Assembly (NCBI GenBank): GCA_015523725.1
Contig: WAJV01000107.1
Span: forward strand, 959-64,958
Direction: 5' to 3'
Origin: Candidatus Geothermarchaeota archaeon
GTDB taxonomy: Archaea; Thermoproteota; Nitrososphaeria; Geothermarchaeales; JDFR-13
Length of the DNA stretch: 64,000 nucleotides
Below are positions 30,381 through 41,029 of this stretch, one piece after another; the stretch's first letter is position 1, and each line of letters starts with the position of its first letter. The translations under genes were made by a program, and so were the position numbers. The notes beneath the pieces are model-generated. The model did not search any database. It worked only from the letters and a program-made list of their open reading frames with translations, and was not told the origin of the DNA.

Positions 30381-31628
30381 TTACGATAAATTGCCGAGAA
30401 GAGGGAGAGGGGGGTAGTATCTCAGTAGGCTTAGTCCATACTCTCCTTTGATCCATCTTTGTGACCTCTGTTTAACATGGCTTCTATATTTCCTATAAAT
30501 TTTATGCTTTTCTCTAACATCGAATTTATTAGATAGTATTAGATGTTTTAGAAATACCTTCTCTGGGTGTTTTAGCATTAACTGCCTTAGAAGCCATCTT
30601 ACTTCACTTTTTCTTCTTATCTGTATTTGATAGCACTTGGTTCTTTTATTGAACCTTATTATTGGATTCAGCCCTAATTTTATAAACTCGTTTTTGACAA
30701 TATCTATGAGATATTTTTTACTATTTGTTATCGTTAATATATATTCTCCCTTTTTTGAAATCATTATACTTCCATCTGCATCCATTAACCCTGCTAAGAA
30801 ATTTATGAAATAATTATTAACAGCCCACTCAATCCATCGTCTTCTTCCTCTTCTTTTTACTAAATAGTCATATGGCGGCATTGCTATTCTTACTTCAGTC
30901 TCATAAATCTCTCGTAACTGTTTTCTATATTTTCTCATTCGCTTTGCAAATCTTAGATTATAAGGAAAATTCTTGAATATCTTTTTTATTAGCCCTAGAT
31001 ATGTTATATGCGTCGTTGTCAATTTAAGCTCATAGTAGTTGACGTGCTTATTTATCCCTATGTCATCTAGCAACCCAATTAAATACGCCTTTAATTCATC
31101 ATTAAGCTCTAAGGCGGTATTGAAGTCATAGTGATTCTTTGTGTGATGTACCACTAGATTATGCCTTTTCTTTAAGTTATATACAACTTCGGCCGTTATA
31201 TGATATTTCTTAACAATTTCTTTTGTAGACTTTCCTTGTAATATCTCTCTAATGATTTCTTTTTTATTATAATTGTATAGCTTTCTTTTCCTTTTGATCC
31301 TTAGCTTTTTCGCTTTGTATGGCTTTCTTATTCCTTGTATCCAGTTTTTCAATGTTCTCAATGGAATATCCGGATATCTTTCCTTTATCTCCTTCAGTTT
31401 TAATCCTTGGTTCCAAAGTTTTATTATTTCGTAGTATATTTCTGGTTCATAGCTTTTCTTGTATCTTTTTACTTCTTTCTTCTCAGCTCCTTTAGGTTTC
31501 TTTCCATGATAGAACCAGCCTCTTAATGTATCGTATTTCACTCCCAGCGCTTTCGCTATCTCCTTGATTCGATATCCCTTGTTCCTTAGTTCAATAGCTT
31601 TATAGTATGTCTCTGGGTCATACACCAA
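30381..31628 (-). CDS. free-standing LAGLIDADG homing-endonuclease-like protein with three N-terminal HTH repeats
   Basis: Repeated YYKAIELRNKGYRIKEIAK / YYEIIKLWNQGLKLKEIKE / IIREILQGKSTKEIVKK HTH units. LIGLLDDIG and LAGLMDADGS dodecapeptide motifs. Confidence 0.65.
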   Translation of the reverse strand: MVYDPETYYKAIELRNKGYRIKEIAKALGVKYDTLRGWFYHGKKPKGAEKKEVKRYKKSYEPEIYYEIIKLWNQGLKLKEIKERYPDIPLRTLKNWIQGIRKPYKAKKLRIKRKRKLYNYNKKEIIREILQGKSTKEIVKKYHITAEVVYNLKKRHNLVVHHTKNHYDFNTALELNDELKAYLIGLLDDIGINKHVNYYELKLTTTHITYLGLIKKIFKNFPYNLRFAKRMRKYRKQLREIYETEVRIAMPPYDYLVKRRGRRRWIEWAVNNYFINFLAGLMDADGSIMISKKGEYILTITNSKKYLIDIVKNEFIKLGLNPIIRFNKRTKCYQIQIRRKSEVRWLLRQLMLKHPEKVFLKHLILSNKFDVREKHKIYRKYRSHVKQRSQRWIKGEYGLSLLRYYPPLPLLGNLS

Positions 31629-32000
31629 TTCCCATCCCTCCAGTCTTTTGGATGCCTATGCCACCGCCTGACTAAAATTATTTCTTGGGCATATTCCCTA
31701 ACGCTTAAATACTTATCTATATTGGGATTGTTTGTTCGATAAACAGGTTGCAGATTTATTTTTAAATAGGTGGGTCGATATATATCTAGGTCTCCGTGTA
31801 CACCTAATGCGAAGATTTTTTTATCCATGGGGGTTTTACTGGATAATTAGGTTTTAGACTGTGAGTATAATGATTGTTTTGGTGTTGGTTCAATCCTAAA
31901 TTGATTAGTTTCGGGACTTATGATTATTTATATCCATATTTATTAATTTTGTGTAAAGAGTTTTGTTGTTAAATGGTTGGGCTAGGGGCTGTATGACGCC

Positions 32001-33554
32001 ATGCCAGTAATAAAAAAAGTGAATTTCCGGCTTCTAAAAAGCTTCAGCTCCATAATGATGCAGCAAATAACTACATATATAATAACCCTAATAACATTCG
32101 GCGTCATATCGAGAATCCTTAGCCCAACCGAGATGGGTGTATATGGATTACTGGTATCAACCGTCTACCTAATAGGCCTGTCATCCAACTTCGGTATGAA
32201 GAAGGTGGCGATTAGACTAATAGCTGGATCAATGGCACACAATGAAGATAGAGTGGCAAGTGGAATATATTGGAAAACCATATTATTATCCCTACCATCA
32301 ACCATTTTACTCGGAATAGGTGCATCCTACCTATATGATAAACTAGGAATATTCAATGAAGTCAATACATCAAATGGATTTATTCTATTCACACTCCTCC
32401 TAATCCTATTCTCAATCAGGAACACAGTATCATCAGGCCTAGAGGCCCTACACCTATTCCATTACGAAACACTATACTACTCAGTAGGATACACAACCTA
32501 TAGACTATTGATGGTATATTTATTAATAAATGGATATGGAGTAAGTGGAATACTTATATCATGGATAATAGGGGAGGCAATCACCACCTTCTACACAATA
32601 AGAAAATTGATAGATAAATTTCCACCCAGCATAAAAGGATATAGCAGCATAAATATACTAAAAAAAGCCTCACCACTATTCATAACGGATATAATATTAT
32701 CTGCAGCCGAATATGGAGATAGGATAGCCTCCACAATACTTGGACTAGACATAGTAGCATTCTTCTACATAGCATCAGTAGGAGTAATGTTCCTCACAAG
32801 CATATACCAAGCAGTCCAATCAAGCATACTACCCCACCTATCAGAAGAATTCCACATAAACGGATTCAACTCAATAGGAGAAAGCCTACATGACATAAGC
32901 AGATACGTATTCATCTTCATATCACCAATATTTTTACTAGCAGCCGTATTAGCAGAGCCATTCATAATCCTCTTAGCAGGCCCCCAATACATAGCGGCAG
33001 CCCCCATATTCCAAATAATGTGCATAGGCCTATGGCTAGGTCCACTGAACCCCATACTACAAAGCACATTCATAGCAGTAGACAGAAACAATGAACTAAT
33101 GGCCACAATACTATTAGCAACAATCCTAGACATATTCATAATGATAATACTCTACCCAAAGATAGGTTATTTATCAACAGGACTTGGAAGAGCCCTACTA
33201 GTCATATCAACCAACATAATCTTACTAGCAATAGGAATAAAACTAATAAACATAAAAATTGATTATATAGCATACGGTAAATCAGCTATATCAGCCGGAA
33301 TAAGTGCAGCAGCGGGACTAATCCTATGGAACTATATCCATAGAATAGACCTACTACCCATATACGTAATAGCACCAACAATAATCTACCTACTAATGAT
33401 TAGATTACTCAGGTTCATAAAACCAGAGGAAGTAGCATCCCTATACCTAAGCCTACCAAAACATAGATACGTAACCCGCGGCATAAAAATCGTATGCATG
33501 TTAACCGGCATAGATATAAATACAGTATTAAAAATAGTCTCTAAATATAAGTAG
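32001..33554 (+). CDS. MOP/Wzx-type oligosaccharide (polysaccharide biosynthesis) flippase
   Basis: 517 aa with about 14 TM helices. Overall MOP-family organisation. Confidence 0.5.
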   Translation: MPVIKKVNFRLLKSFSSIMMQQITTYIITLITFGVISRILSPTEMGVYGLLVSTVYLIGLSSNFGMKKVAIRLIAGSMAHNEDRVASGIYWKTILLSLPSTILLGIGASYLYDKLGIFNEVNTSNGFILFTLLLILFSIRNTVSSGLEALHLFHYETLYYSVGYTTYRLLMVYLLINGYGVSGILISWIIGEAITTFYTIRKLIDKFPPSIKGYSSINILKKASPLFITDIILSAAEYGDRIASTILGLDIVAFFYIASVGVMFLTSIYQAVQSSILPHLSEEFHINGFNSIGESLHDISRYVFIFISPIFLLAAVLAEPFIILLAGPQYIAAAPIFQIMCIGLWLGPLNPILQSTFIAVDRNNELMATILLATILDIFIMIILYPKIGYLSTGLGRALLVISTNIILLAIGIKLINIKIDYIAYGKSAISAGISAAAGLILWNYIHRIDLLPIYVIAPTIIYLLMIRLLRFIKPEEVASLYLSLPKHRYVTRGIKIVCMLTGIDINTVLKIVSKYK

Positions 33555-33625
33555 AGAAACAATAATAAACTATGTTTATCTAATGGAAAATAGATTTTTA
33601 TATTATGTATATTGGGGGATAAATT

Positions 33626-34771
33626 ATGAGAATATACTTAACTCCAATAGGCCTACTACTAAAAAATAGAGAAACAAGATTCATAAGCTTCGGGAATAAT
33701 GTAGATGAAATGGCTAAGGCACTATATGAAATCCATAGAGGAACATATAAACTACCAAATAAAATAAGGAAATTAATCAAGGATAAAGAAATAATGGTTG
33801 ACTCACCACAACTAAGAGACATAATAAGGAAAAACATGGAGACAACCAAGATAAAACCAATTAAACAATTTGAAGACCCAACCGAACACATCCAAAAAAT
33901 ATTGAATATGGATAAACAAGAGATCAACAACCTCTACAAAGAAGTAATGACTAAATACACAGAACTAAAACTAAGAGAAGAATTATCTAATAAAGACCTC
34001 CTAATAATCCAAGCAATAAATGCATATGACGAATATACCGAGATGATTAACATAATATACGAGAGATTAAGAGAATGGTATGGAATATATTTCCCGGAAC
34101 TATCAAAAATAGTTAAGAAGATAGACAGCTACGCCAATCTAATAGCATCCATAGGCTACAAAGAAAAATTCAGTGAAAAAGAATTATCAAAATTCGGATA
34201 CTCGAAGAACAGGATATTGGAAATAATTGAAGCGGCAAAAGAAAGCAGTGGAGCAGAATTAAATAAAAACGAACTAACCATCATAATGCAGCAAGCCGAA
34301 TTACTAAAAACCATGATTAAGGAGAGAGAGAACATTGAGGAGCACATAACAACACTAGTTGAGGAAGTAGCACCAAACACAGCAGCCATAATAGGACCAA
34401 AATTAACCGCACGCCTAATAGCTAAAGCAGGAAGCCTTAGAAAACTAGCCATGTTCCCAGCCAGCACCATACAACTGCTAGGAGCGGAAAAAGCACTATT
34501 CATAGCCCTAAGAAAAGGAGGTAAACCACCCAAACACGGCATAATATTCCAACACCCATATATAAACCAATCACCAAAGAGTGTTAGAGGAAAAATAGCT
34601 AGATTACTAGCTGGAAAAATAGCAATAGCGGTGAGAACAGATGTATTCGGAGGAGAATACATAGGAGACAAACTTGCGGAGGAAGTAAGAAAAAAAGTTG
34701 AAGAAATAAGGAAAAAAGCCCCCAAGAAAAAAGTAGCTAAGAAAAAAAGGAGGAGAGGGAGATGGAGATAG
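33626..34771 (+). CDS. nop5: C/D box snoRNP protein Nop5 (Nop56/58)
   Basis: Nop domain ...AEKALFIALRKGGKPPKHGIIFQHP... and a C-terminal KKE/R tail. Directly upstream of fibrillarin. Confidence 0.85.
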   Translation: MRIYLTPIGLLLKNRETRFISFGNNVDEMAKALYEIHRGTYKLPNKIRKLIKDKEIMVDSPQLRDIIRKNMETTKIKPIKQFEDPTEHIQKILNMDKQEINNLYKEVMTKYTELKLREELSNKDLLIIQAINAYDEYTEMINIIYERLREWYGIYFPELSKIVKKIDSYANLIASIGYKEKFSEKELSKFGYSKNRILEIIEAAKESSGAELNKNELTIIMQQAELLKTMIKERENIEEHITTLVEEVAPNTAAIIGPKLTARLIAKAGSLRKLAMFPASTIQLLGAEKALFIALRKGGKPPKHGIIFQHPYINQSPKSVRGKIARLLAGKIAIAVRTDVFGGEYIGDKLAEEVRKKVEEIRKKAPKKKVAKKKRRRGRWR

Positions 34772-35457
34772 AAAAAATGGATATAAAAAATACATACCTA
34801 ATAAAGATAAATGATAAGAAATACCTAGCCACCAAAAACCTAACCCCAGGAATAACCTATTATAAAGAAAGACTATTCAAAACAAAATACGGCGAACTAA
34901 GAGAATGGATTCCCTACAAAAGTAAATTATCAGCCGCCTACCTAAAAAAGATGGATATAAAAATACTAAATAGCGCAAGGAAAATCCTATACCTAGGAAT
35001 GTCAACAGGAACAACCGTAAGCCATATATCAGACATAATCGAAGAAGAAGGCATAATTTATGGAGTTGAAGTCGCCCCAAGAGTCATGCTTGAATACATA
35101 AACAGAGTGGCCAAACACCGAGACAACATAATACCATTATTCTATGATGCAAGAATACCAGAACAATACAAATACGTAATCCATGGATACGTGGACATGG
35201 TCTATTGTGACGTAGCCCAACCAGATCAAACAGAGATAGCAATAAACAACTCAAAAATATATCTAAAAAAAGGTGGAGAATTATTCCTAGCCATTAAAGC
35301 AAGAAGCATAGATGCATCAAGGGAGCCTAAGGAAATATATCAAGAAGAACTGAACAAACTTAAAAACAACGGATTCAAAATATTAGAAATAGTAGACTTA
35401 GCACCATATGAAAAAGACCATGCAATGGTCAGAGCCAAGAAAATTAGTTCAATCTAA
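34762..35457 (+). CDS. flpA: fibrillarin rRNA/tRNA 2'-O-methyltransferase
   Basis: SAM motif ILYLGMSTGTTVSHISDI. 231 aa. Coupled to nop5 by a 10-nt overlap. Confidence 0.9.
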   Translation: MEIEKMDIKNTYLIKINDKKYLATKNLTPGITYYKERLFKTKYGELREWIPYKSKLSAAYLKKMDIKILNSARKILYLGMSTGTTVSHISDIIEEEGIIYGVEVAPRVMLEYINRVAKHRDNIIPLFYDARIPEQYKYVIHGYVDMVYCDVAQPDQTEIAINNSKIYLKKGGELFLAIKARSIDASREPKEIYQEELNKLKNNGFKILEIVDLAPYEKDHAMVRAKKISSI

Positions 35458-36164
35458 TCCAAATCCCTCCCCGCCAAATAAGGAATCCTATTCACCCTAA
35501 TGACCTGAACATACTTCCTCTCAACCCTTTTAGGCACATCATCAACACCAACATCCCCAAAATCACTCTTTAAATATAAATATGGACCCTTATACTCCTC
35601 ACCAGTCACATAAAAAAAGATATTTCCAGCCAAATCATGATCAGATATAAAAACATTCAAAACATACACACCATTACTTACATCAAACCATATATAGGGT
35701 ATCTCACCCAACTCAAAATATATCGAATTAGCTATAACCAATAGAGACCTTAAATCACTAACCTTAACATACGACAAATTGGAGGCATCACCCAAATCGA
35801 AAACACAATTATGCGGCTCACCAAATAAATAAGAAACAGGGATATATATACCGGACACAATATCTTCATACCCCTCCTCCAAAACCTCAGCCTCATCAAC
35901 CCTATAAGTATATACATTCGGGGGTTTGGAACCTATCACAGTATGTATAAAAGCCAGCTTAGGAGTCTTCACGAAAGAAGGTAGATAAAAACCAATTATA
36001 TAACGCCCCTCACCAGAGGGATAAGAAATCAGACCCGGCTTCTCCCCTTTGACATTAACATGAAGCCTAATCAAATCCAATAAACTATATGCCTCAATAC
36101 CCAATACAGATAAAGTAGCCAACATCAACACCCCAAAACTAAACATATTATAACTATAAGTCAT
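35454..36164 (-). CDS. hypothetical secreted/membrane-anchored protein
   Basis: N-terminal signal/TM MFSFGVLMLATLSVLGIEA. No motif. Confidence 0.35.
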   Translation of the reverse strand: MTYSYNMFSFGVLMLATLSVLGIEAYSLLDLIRLHVNVKGEKPGLISYPSGEGRYIIGFYLPSFVKTPKLAFIHTVIGSKPPNVYTYRVDEAEVLEEGYEDIVSGIYIPVSYLFGEPHNCVFDLGDASNLSYVKVSDLRSLLVIANSIYFELGEIPYIWFDVSNGVYVLNVFISDHDLAGNIFFYVTGEEYKGPYLYLKSDFGDVGVDDVPKRVERKYVQVIRVNRIPYLAGRDLD

Positions 36165-36182
36165 GCAATATTATTTTTTAAG

Positions 36183-36998
36183 ATGAAAGTAAAAAAAGTG
36201 ATGAATACAAGATACTCAATAATAGAGAAGGATGCAAGGATCAAGGAAGCACTTGCAAGGATGGCTAGAGAAAACATAAATAAACTAATAGTAGTAAAAC
36301 ATAAGGGTGATAAAAAGCCATACGGCATAATAACAGAATACGATATATTCTACAGACTATCAAGAACCAAAATTAAGAAATTCGAACCATATAATACATC
36401 AGTAGCAAGCGCCGCAACAACACCCGTTGAAACCGCCAATAAAGAGATGGACCTAAAATTTGTCGCAAAAAACTTCCTAACCAAAGGATACAGCTCAATG
36501 CCCATAGTAGAGAATGATGAAATAATAGGTGTTATAACAAAGGAAGATATAATAAGCCTACTATATAGATATGAAGACCTTATAAACCAGCCAGTTACAC
36601 TATTAACTACACAGATAAAAGGAAAAATCAGGCTCTTTGACAAGCTATCACTCGCACTAAGCAAATTCATGGGAACAGGCTTTAGCAACCTAGTGGTAAT
36701 TGATGATGGAGTGCCTGTAGGCATACTTAAAGTATATGACGTTGCCAAAACCCTATTCACAATTAGAAAAATAAATCCAACCCCCCACTGGGAGAGCGTA
36801 GTAAAGGAAATATATGTAGCTGAAGTTATGAGGAAAGATATAAATATACTTACAAATGAATCCAGCATCAAAGAAGCTCTAAATATTATAATTACCACTA
36901 ACCAACACATCATACCCATAACCGACAATAATAAAGCCGTGGGCCTCATATCTAGAAGCAACATAATAAGATACATGATAAATAATAAACTAATTTAA
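36183..36998 (+). CDS. CBS-domain protein (two CBS pairs)
   Basis: Repeated CBS-like beta-alpha-beta-beta-alpha units (…IIGVITKEDII…, …AVGLISRSNII…). Confidence 0.6.
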   Translation: MKVKKVMNTRYSIIEKDARIKEALARMARENINKLIVVKHKGDKKPYGIITEYDIFYRLSRTKIKKFEPYNTSVASAATTPVETANKEMDLKFVAKNFLTKGYSSMPIVENDEIIGVITKEDIISLLYRYEDLINQPVTLLTTQIKGKIRLFDKLSLALSKFMGTGFSNLVVIDDGVPVGILKVYDVAKTLFTIRKINPTPHWESVVKEIYVAEVMRKDINILTNESSIKEALNIIITTNQHIIPITDNNKAVGLISRSNIIRYMINNKLI

Positions 36999-37012
36999 TG
37001 GTAGGATAGGAT

Positions 37013-37501
37013 ATGGAGACACCTAAATTCATAGCTGACGAGATGAATGGAGATATAGCCAGATGGCTAAGGATAATTGGATTCGACTGCATCTACCTAA
37101 AGGGAGACAAACTAGACGATAAGTTAATTGAAATAGCGGATAAAGAGAATAGAATACTACTCACATCCGATAAAGAACTATTCAAAAAAGCAATATACAG
37201 AGGGGTCGAGACACATTACATCGAGCAAGTAAGATTAGAGGAGAAATTAAAGAAAATAGTTGATAAATATAATCTAAATGAATACATCCCAAAACTCGAA
37301 TATAGATGCCCAATATGCAACCAAAAACTAGTTAAAGCAACAAATATTAAGAAAGTCCCCCCAAAAGTCAAGGAGAAACATAAAATAATCCTATACTGCA
37401 AAAACTGTGACAAATATTACTGGAGAGGAGGCCATTGGAAAAAAATCAATAAAATACTCAAATATGCAGGATTAACAAATACAAGTGTCAATAAATTATA
37501 G
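37013..37501 (+). CDS. Mut7-C/DUF82 PIN-like RNase domain protein with a C-terminal zinc ribbon
   Basis: N-terminus FIADEMNGDIARWLRIIGFDC is characteristic of Mut7-C. CPICN ... CKNC ribbon. Confidence 0.6.
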   Translation: METPKFIADEMNGDIARWLRIIGFDCIYLKGDKLDDKLIEIADKENRILLTSDKELFKKAIYRGVETHYIEQVRLEEKLKKIVDKYNLNEYIPKLEYRCPICNQKLVKATNIKKVPPKVKEKHKIILYCKNCDKYYWRGGHWKKINKILKYAGLTNTSVNKL

Positions 37502-37558
37502 AAGATGAAAGGTACATTTATTTAATATATATCTAAAAGGATACTTATTTAGAGAAGA

Positions 37559-40500
37559 ATGAGAACGTATATCAAAGAGATACGTATAAACAACTACAAA
37601 ACATATAAAAATGCTAGAATAAAATTTCACCCCCAACTCAACATAATAGTTGGTCCAAACGGCTCCGGCAAATCAAACCTCATAGAAGCAATATTATATG
37701 GATTAGGAGAAAGAAGTATGAAGGTATTCAGAGCATATAAATATAAGGACCTCCTCCCAGCAGACTCAAGAAACTCAGCAAAAACACTATCCGTAACAAT
37801 AATAATCGAGGACCAGAATGGAGATGAGCATATCTTCAAAAGAATATATAATGCAAATAACAATACCCATGCATATTACTATAATAGAAAAAGAGTGAGT
37901 AGAGGAGTATACATATCAAAACTAGCCACATTAGGATACAGGGGACTACACCATGTATATATCCCCCAAGGAGGAATAATAAGCAAAGCAAATATAACAT
38001 CAAGAGATTTAAAAGACATCGTAGACGATGCATTAGGAATAAAAGAATTTAATATCAAAAAGCAGGAGGCCCTAGAGAAACTTGAGAAAGCCGAGGCCAA
38101 ACTGGAGAATATAAAGGAAAAACAAGAGATCATGAAGGAAGTAATATATACACTAATGGCTCAAATGATATCATACGATAGAAAGAATAATTTAGATAAG
38201 ATATCAAGAAGAATAAAAGGCTATTTAATAGTCAATGAAAATAAGAAAATAAGGCCCAAACTAACAAAATACACGAAGAAAATAAATGAATTAGAGAATA
38301 TAAAGGAGAAACTAAACAAGAGAATGGAGAAAATAGAGGAGAAAATAACTAAAATCGATGCAAAGATGGGGAAGCTAAGAGAGAAATTAAAGGGCAGAGA
38401 AGAATATCAACAACTACTCAAAGAATATTCAGATGTAAATATCAATATAACTACTACACAAGATAAAATAAAGAGACTTACAGATGACAAAGAGAGATAT
38501 CTAGATGAGATATCCCAGATAGATAAAGATTTAGAAAATATAAAACTCGAAGTAGCTACATACGCAGCCACACTAAAAGAACTAAATCAAGCAAATAGAA
38601 GAAACCAAACAGAGTTAAATAGCCTATATAAAGAGAAAGAAAAACTAGAAAATAAGATAAATAAATTGAGAGAAGAGTTAGACCAAATAATTGAAAAGAA
38701 AGAGAAACTAGAGGAGGAGAAAGAGAATATATTGAAGACGCATATTAAGGAAGAAGCGGAGATAATAGCCATCGAAAAAATAAAAGACTTATATATAGAC
38801 AAGAAGAAGCAGCTAGAAGACAAGAGAAGAAAATATCTAGATACAATAAAAAAATTCGAAGAGAGAATCGAGAAATTAAGCCAAATGAAGACAGAACTAG
38901 ACAATAAACTAAAGAAGCTAAGGAAAGAGAAGGAGAAAAAAGACAATAGATATAGAGAGTTAAAGAGGGAGATAAGAGACGCAGAAAAATTATTAAATAA
39001 AGTAGAGAGATATATTGAGAAACTTAGAAAGGAGGAGGAAATCAGAAACATAGAATTTAAGAATAATGCAGAATACGTACTGAAGATAGCCAAAGATATG
39101 AACTTAAAAGGAGTGTTGGGAATACTATCCAACTTTATAAATGGACCAAAAGAAATCATCAACATCCTAAGAAGATACCTAGGAAGAGAATGGTACAGCA
39201 TCATAGTATATGACGAGGCAACAGCAAAAAAATTATTTAAACTATCGGAGTCAATAAAAAAGAAAGTCGTTATCAAACCAATAACCAAATACATGTCCAA
39301 CGAAGAAAAAATCCATGAAAGAAGTGTGATAAACATATTAAAAATAAAGAACTATAGAAAACTAAAACCACTAGTAAACTCTCTATTTGGGGACTTGATA
39401 ATAACATCAGATCTTGAAGAAGGTATAAAACTCCTAGATGAGGGACATGGAATAATCAGTAGGAAAGGAGAGTTCATAATCACACCAGACAACTGGATAT
39501 ACGAAGGAAGGAAAAGAATGGTCATAGATGAAGACATATCCAAAATAGAAGAAATATACCACCAATTTAAACGAATGATAGACCTAAGGAGAGAAGATCT
39601 AGATAAACTAAATGAAGAAAGAGAGAAACTAATAGACGATATAACAGAAGCCACAAGTGAGTACACCAGACTAAAACAATCTATAGAACTCATAAAGACA
39701 TCAATAGGATACATGAAAGACCTAGAGAAATTCTATCGCAACAAGGTAAAAGAGATAGAGAAAGACCTATCGAAAGAAAAAAATAGAAGAAAGATCGATA
39801 AAACACCATTAGATGAAATTAGAACAATAGAAAATAAAATAAACACTATTTATAAAAAGATGGCGGATTATACAAATGAAATAACCGAAATAAACACAAA
39901 AATAAATAATATAAATAATTTAATTAGTAAAAATAATGCCAATATAGAATTAATAAAAAAATCAATATTGTCGACAAAGGAGAAGAAAGCAAGACTCAAG
40001 AAAAGAAGAAGTGAAGTGAAAACAAGGATAAAAAACATAGATAGGGAGATAAATAATCTAAAAAACACGCTAAAAATATTAGAGAGGAATAAGAAGGAAA
40101 GCGAATCCCAACTCAATAAATTCAATGAAGAAATCAAAGCAATAGAGGATAAACTAGAGAAACTGAATTCACTAAAGAATCAACTATATGGCAAATGGAA
40201 AAAAGCCAATGAAAAACTATCAGACCTAAAGGAAATAGAGACCAGATTAACATACAAAATCAAAACATTGAAGACTAGGCTAATACACAATGAAGACACT
40301 ATATTGAAACTTGGATATACAATAGAGGAACTCTCAAATAAAGAGACAAACATCGAGACTTTAGAGTTACTGCAGCAAGAAGTCGATGAAGAATTAAAAA
40401 GCTTTGAGAAAGAGGCCCACTACCCCTCACCCACAGCCTATATTGAATATAGAGAAAAATATGAGCCATACAAACTATTCACAATAAACCGGGCGAAACT

Positions 40501-41029
40501 AGAGGAGGAAAAAGAGGCGATCCTAGATTTTATTAGAGAGATTGAGATGGAGAAGGAGAGGACATTTAGAGAAGGCTTCACAAAGATCAAGGAGAAATTC
40601 ACCAGACTAATTAATCACGTCTTCCCCGATTCAGAAGTATATATAGAACTAGAGGATCCAGAGGATATAGATAGTGGTTTGGCAGTATATGTAAAGTTAA
40701 GGGATAAACCACAACTCCCAGTAATATCAGCCAGTGGAGGGGAGAAATCACTATTCATCATACTATTTCTACTATCCGTTTATTCCATACCAGGGAACGT
40801 CGTATTCCTACTAGATGAAATTGATGCACATATAGACCCACGTAACCTGAATAAGTTCGCGTCAGCCCTAGAACTCCAAAAGACAGAGAGCCAAATCATA
40901 TACGTAACATTACCCAGGGACGAGGCCCTACCCAGAATATCAGACCACCTAATAGGAATATTTTTCCGCAGAGGAGTTTCCCGCCCAGTAGTTATACCAA
41001 ACACAGAATTATTCAGGGTGGTGAAGTAA
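37559..41029 (+). CDS. smc: SMC chromosome condensation/segregation ATPase
   Basis: N-terminal Walker A GPNGSGKSN. About 800 aa of coiled coil. C-terminal signature SGGEKSL, and D-loop/Walker B LLDEIDAHID. No CxxC zinc hook, so not Rad50. Confidence 0.8.
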   Translation: MRTYIKEIRINNYKTYKNARIKFHPQLNIIVGPNGSGKSNLIEAILYGLGERSMKVFRAYKYKDLLPADSRNSAKTLSVTIIIEDQNGDEHIFKRIYNANNNTHAYYYNRKRVSRGVYISKLATLGYRGLHHVYIPQGGIISKANITSRDLKDIVDDALGIKEFNIKKQEALEKLEKAEAKLENIKEKQEIMKEVIYTLMAQMISYDRKNNLDKISRRIKGYLIVNENKKIRPKLTKYTKKINELENIKEKLNKRMEKIEEKITKIDAKMGKLREKLKGREEYQQLLKEYSDVNINITTTQDKIKRLTDDKERYLDEISQIDKDLENIKLEVATYAATLKELNQANRRNQTELNSLYKEKEKLENKINKLREELDQIIEKKEKLEEEKENILKTHIKEEAEIIAIEKIKDLYIDKKKQLEDKRRKYLDTIKKFEERIEKLSQMKTELDNKLKKLRKEKEKKDNRYRELKREIRDAEKLLNKVERYIEKLRKEEEIRNIEFKNNAEYVLKIAKDMNLKGVLGILSNFINGPKEIINILRRYLGREWYSIIVYDEATAKKLFKLSESIKKKVVIKPITKYMSNEEKIHERSVINILKIKNYRKLKPLVNSLFGDLIITSDLEEGIKLLDEGHGIISRKGEFIITPDNWIYEGRKRMVIDEDISKIEEIYHQFKRMIDLRREDLDKLNEEREKLIDDITEATSEYTRLKQSIELIKTSIGYMKDLEKFYRNKVKEIEKDLSKEKNRRKIDKTPLDEIRTIENKINTIYKKMADYTNEITEINTKINNINNLISKNNANIELIKKSILSTKEKKARLKKRRSEVKTRIKNIDREINNLKNTLKILERNKKESESQLNKFNEEIKAIEDKLEKLNSLKNQLYGKWKKANEKLSDLKEIETRLTYKIKTLKTRLIHNEDTILKLGYTIEELSNKETNIETLELLQQEVDEELKSFEKEAHYPSPTAYIEYREKYEPYKLFTINRAKLEEEKEAILDFIREIEMEKERTFREGFTKIKEKFTRLINHVFPDSEVYIELEDPEDIDSGLAVYVKLRDKPQLPVISASGGEKSLFIILFLLSVYSIPGNVVFLLDEIDAHIDPRNLNKFASALELQKTESQIIYVTLPRDEALPRISDHLIGIFFRRGVSRPVVIPNTELFRVVK

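Noticed and set aside
31586-31828. 80-aa minus-strand ORF upstream of the LAGLIDADG gene
   Set aside because: Overlaps the start of the LAGLIDADG ORF in another frame. No motif. Possibly a leader or remnant. It is folded into the finding on that locus rather than called as a gene.
38587-40137. Ser/Phe/Leu-rich ORFs (249, 120, 89 aa) on the minus strand
   Set aside because: Antisense of the AAG/GAA-rich SMC coiled-coil coding region. The low-complexity SFL repeats are the mirror of K/E heptads.
37559-41029. Rad50 instead of SMC
   Set aside because: No central CxxC zinc-hook. No mre11 neighbour. Followed by ScpA/ScpB-like genes.
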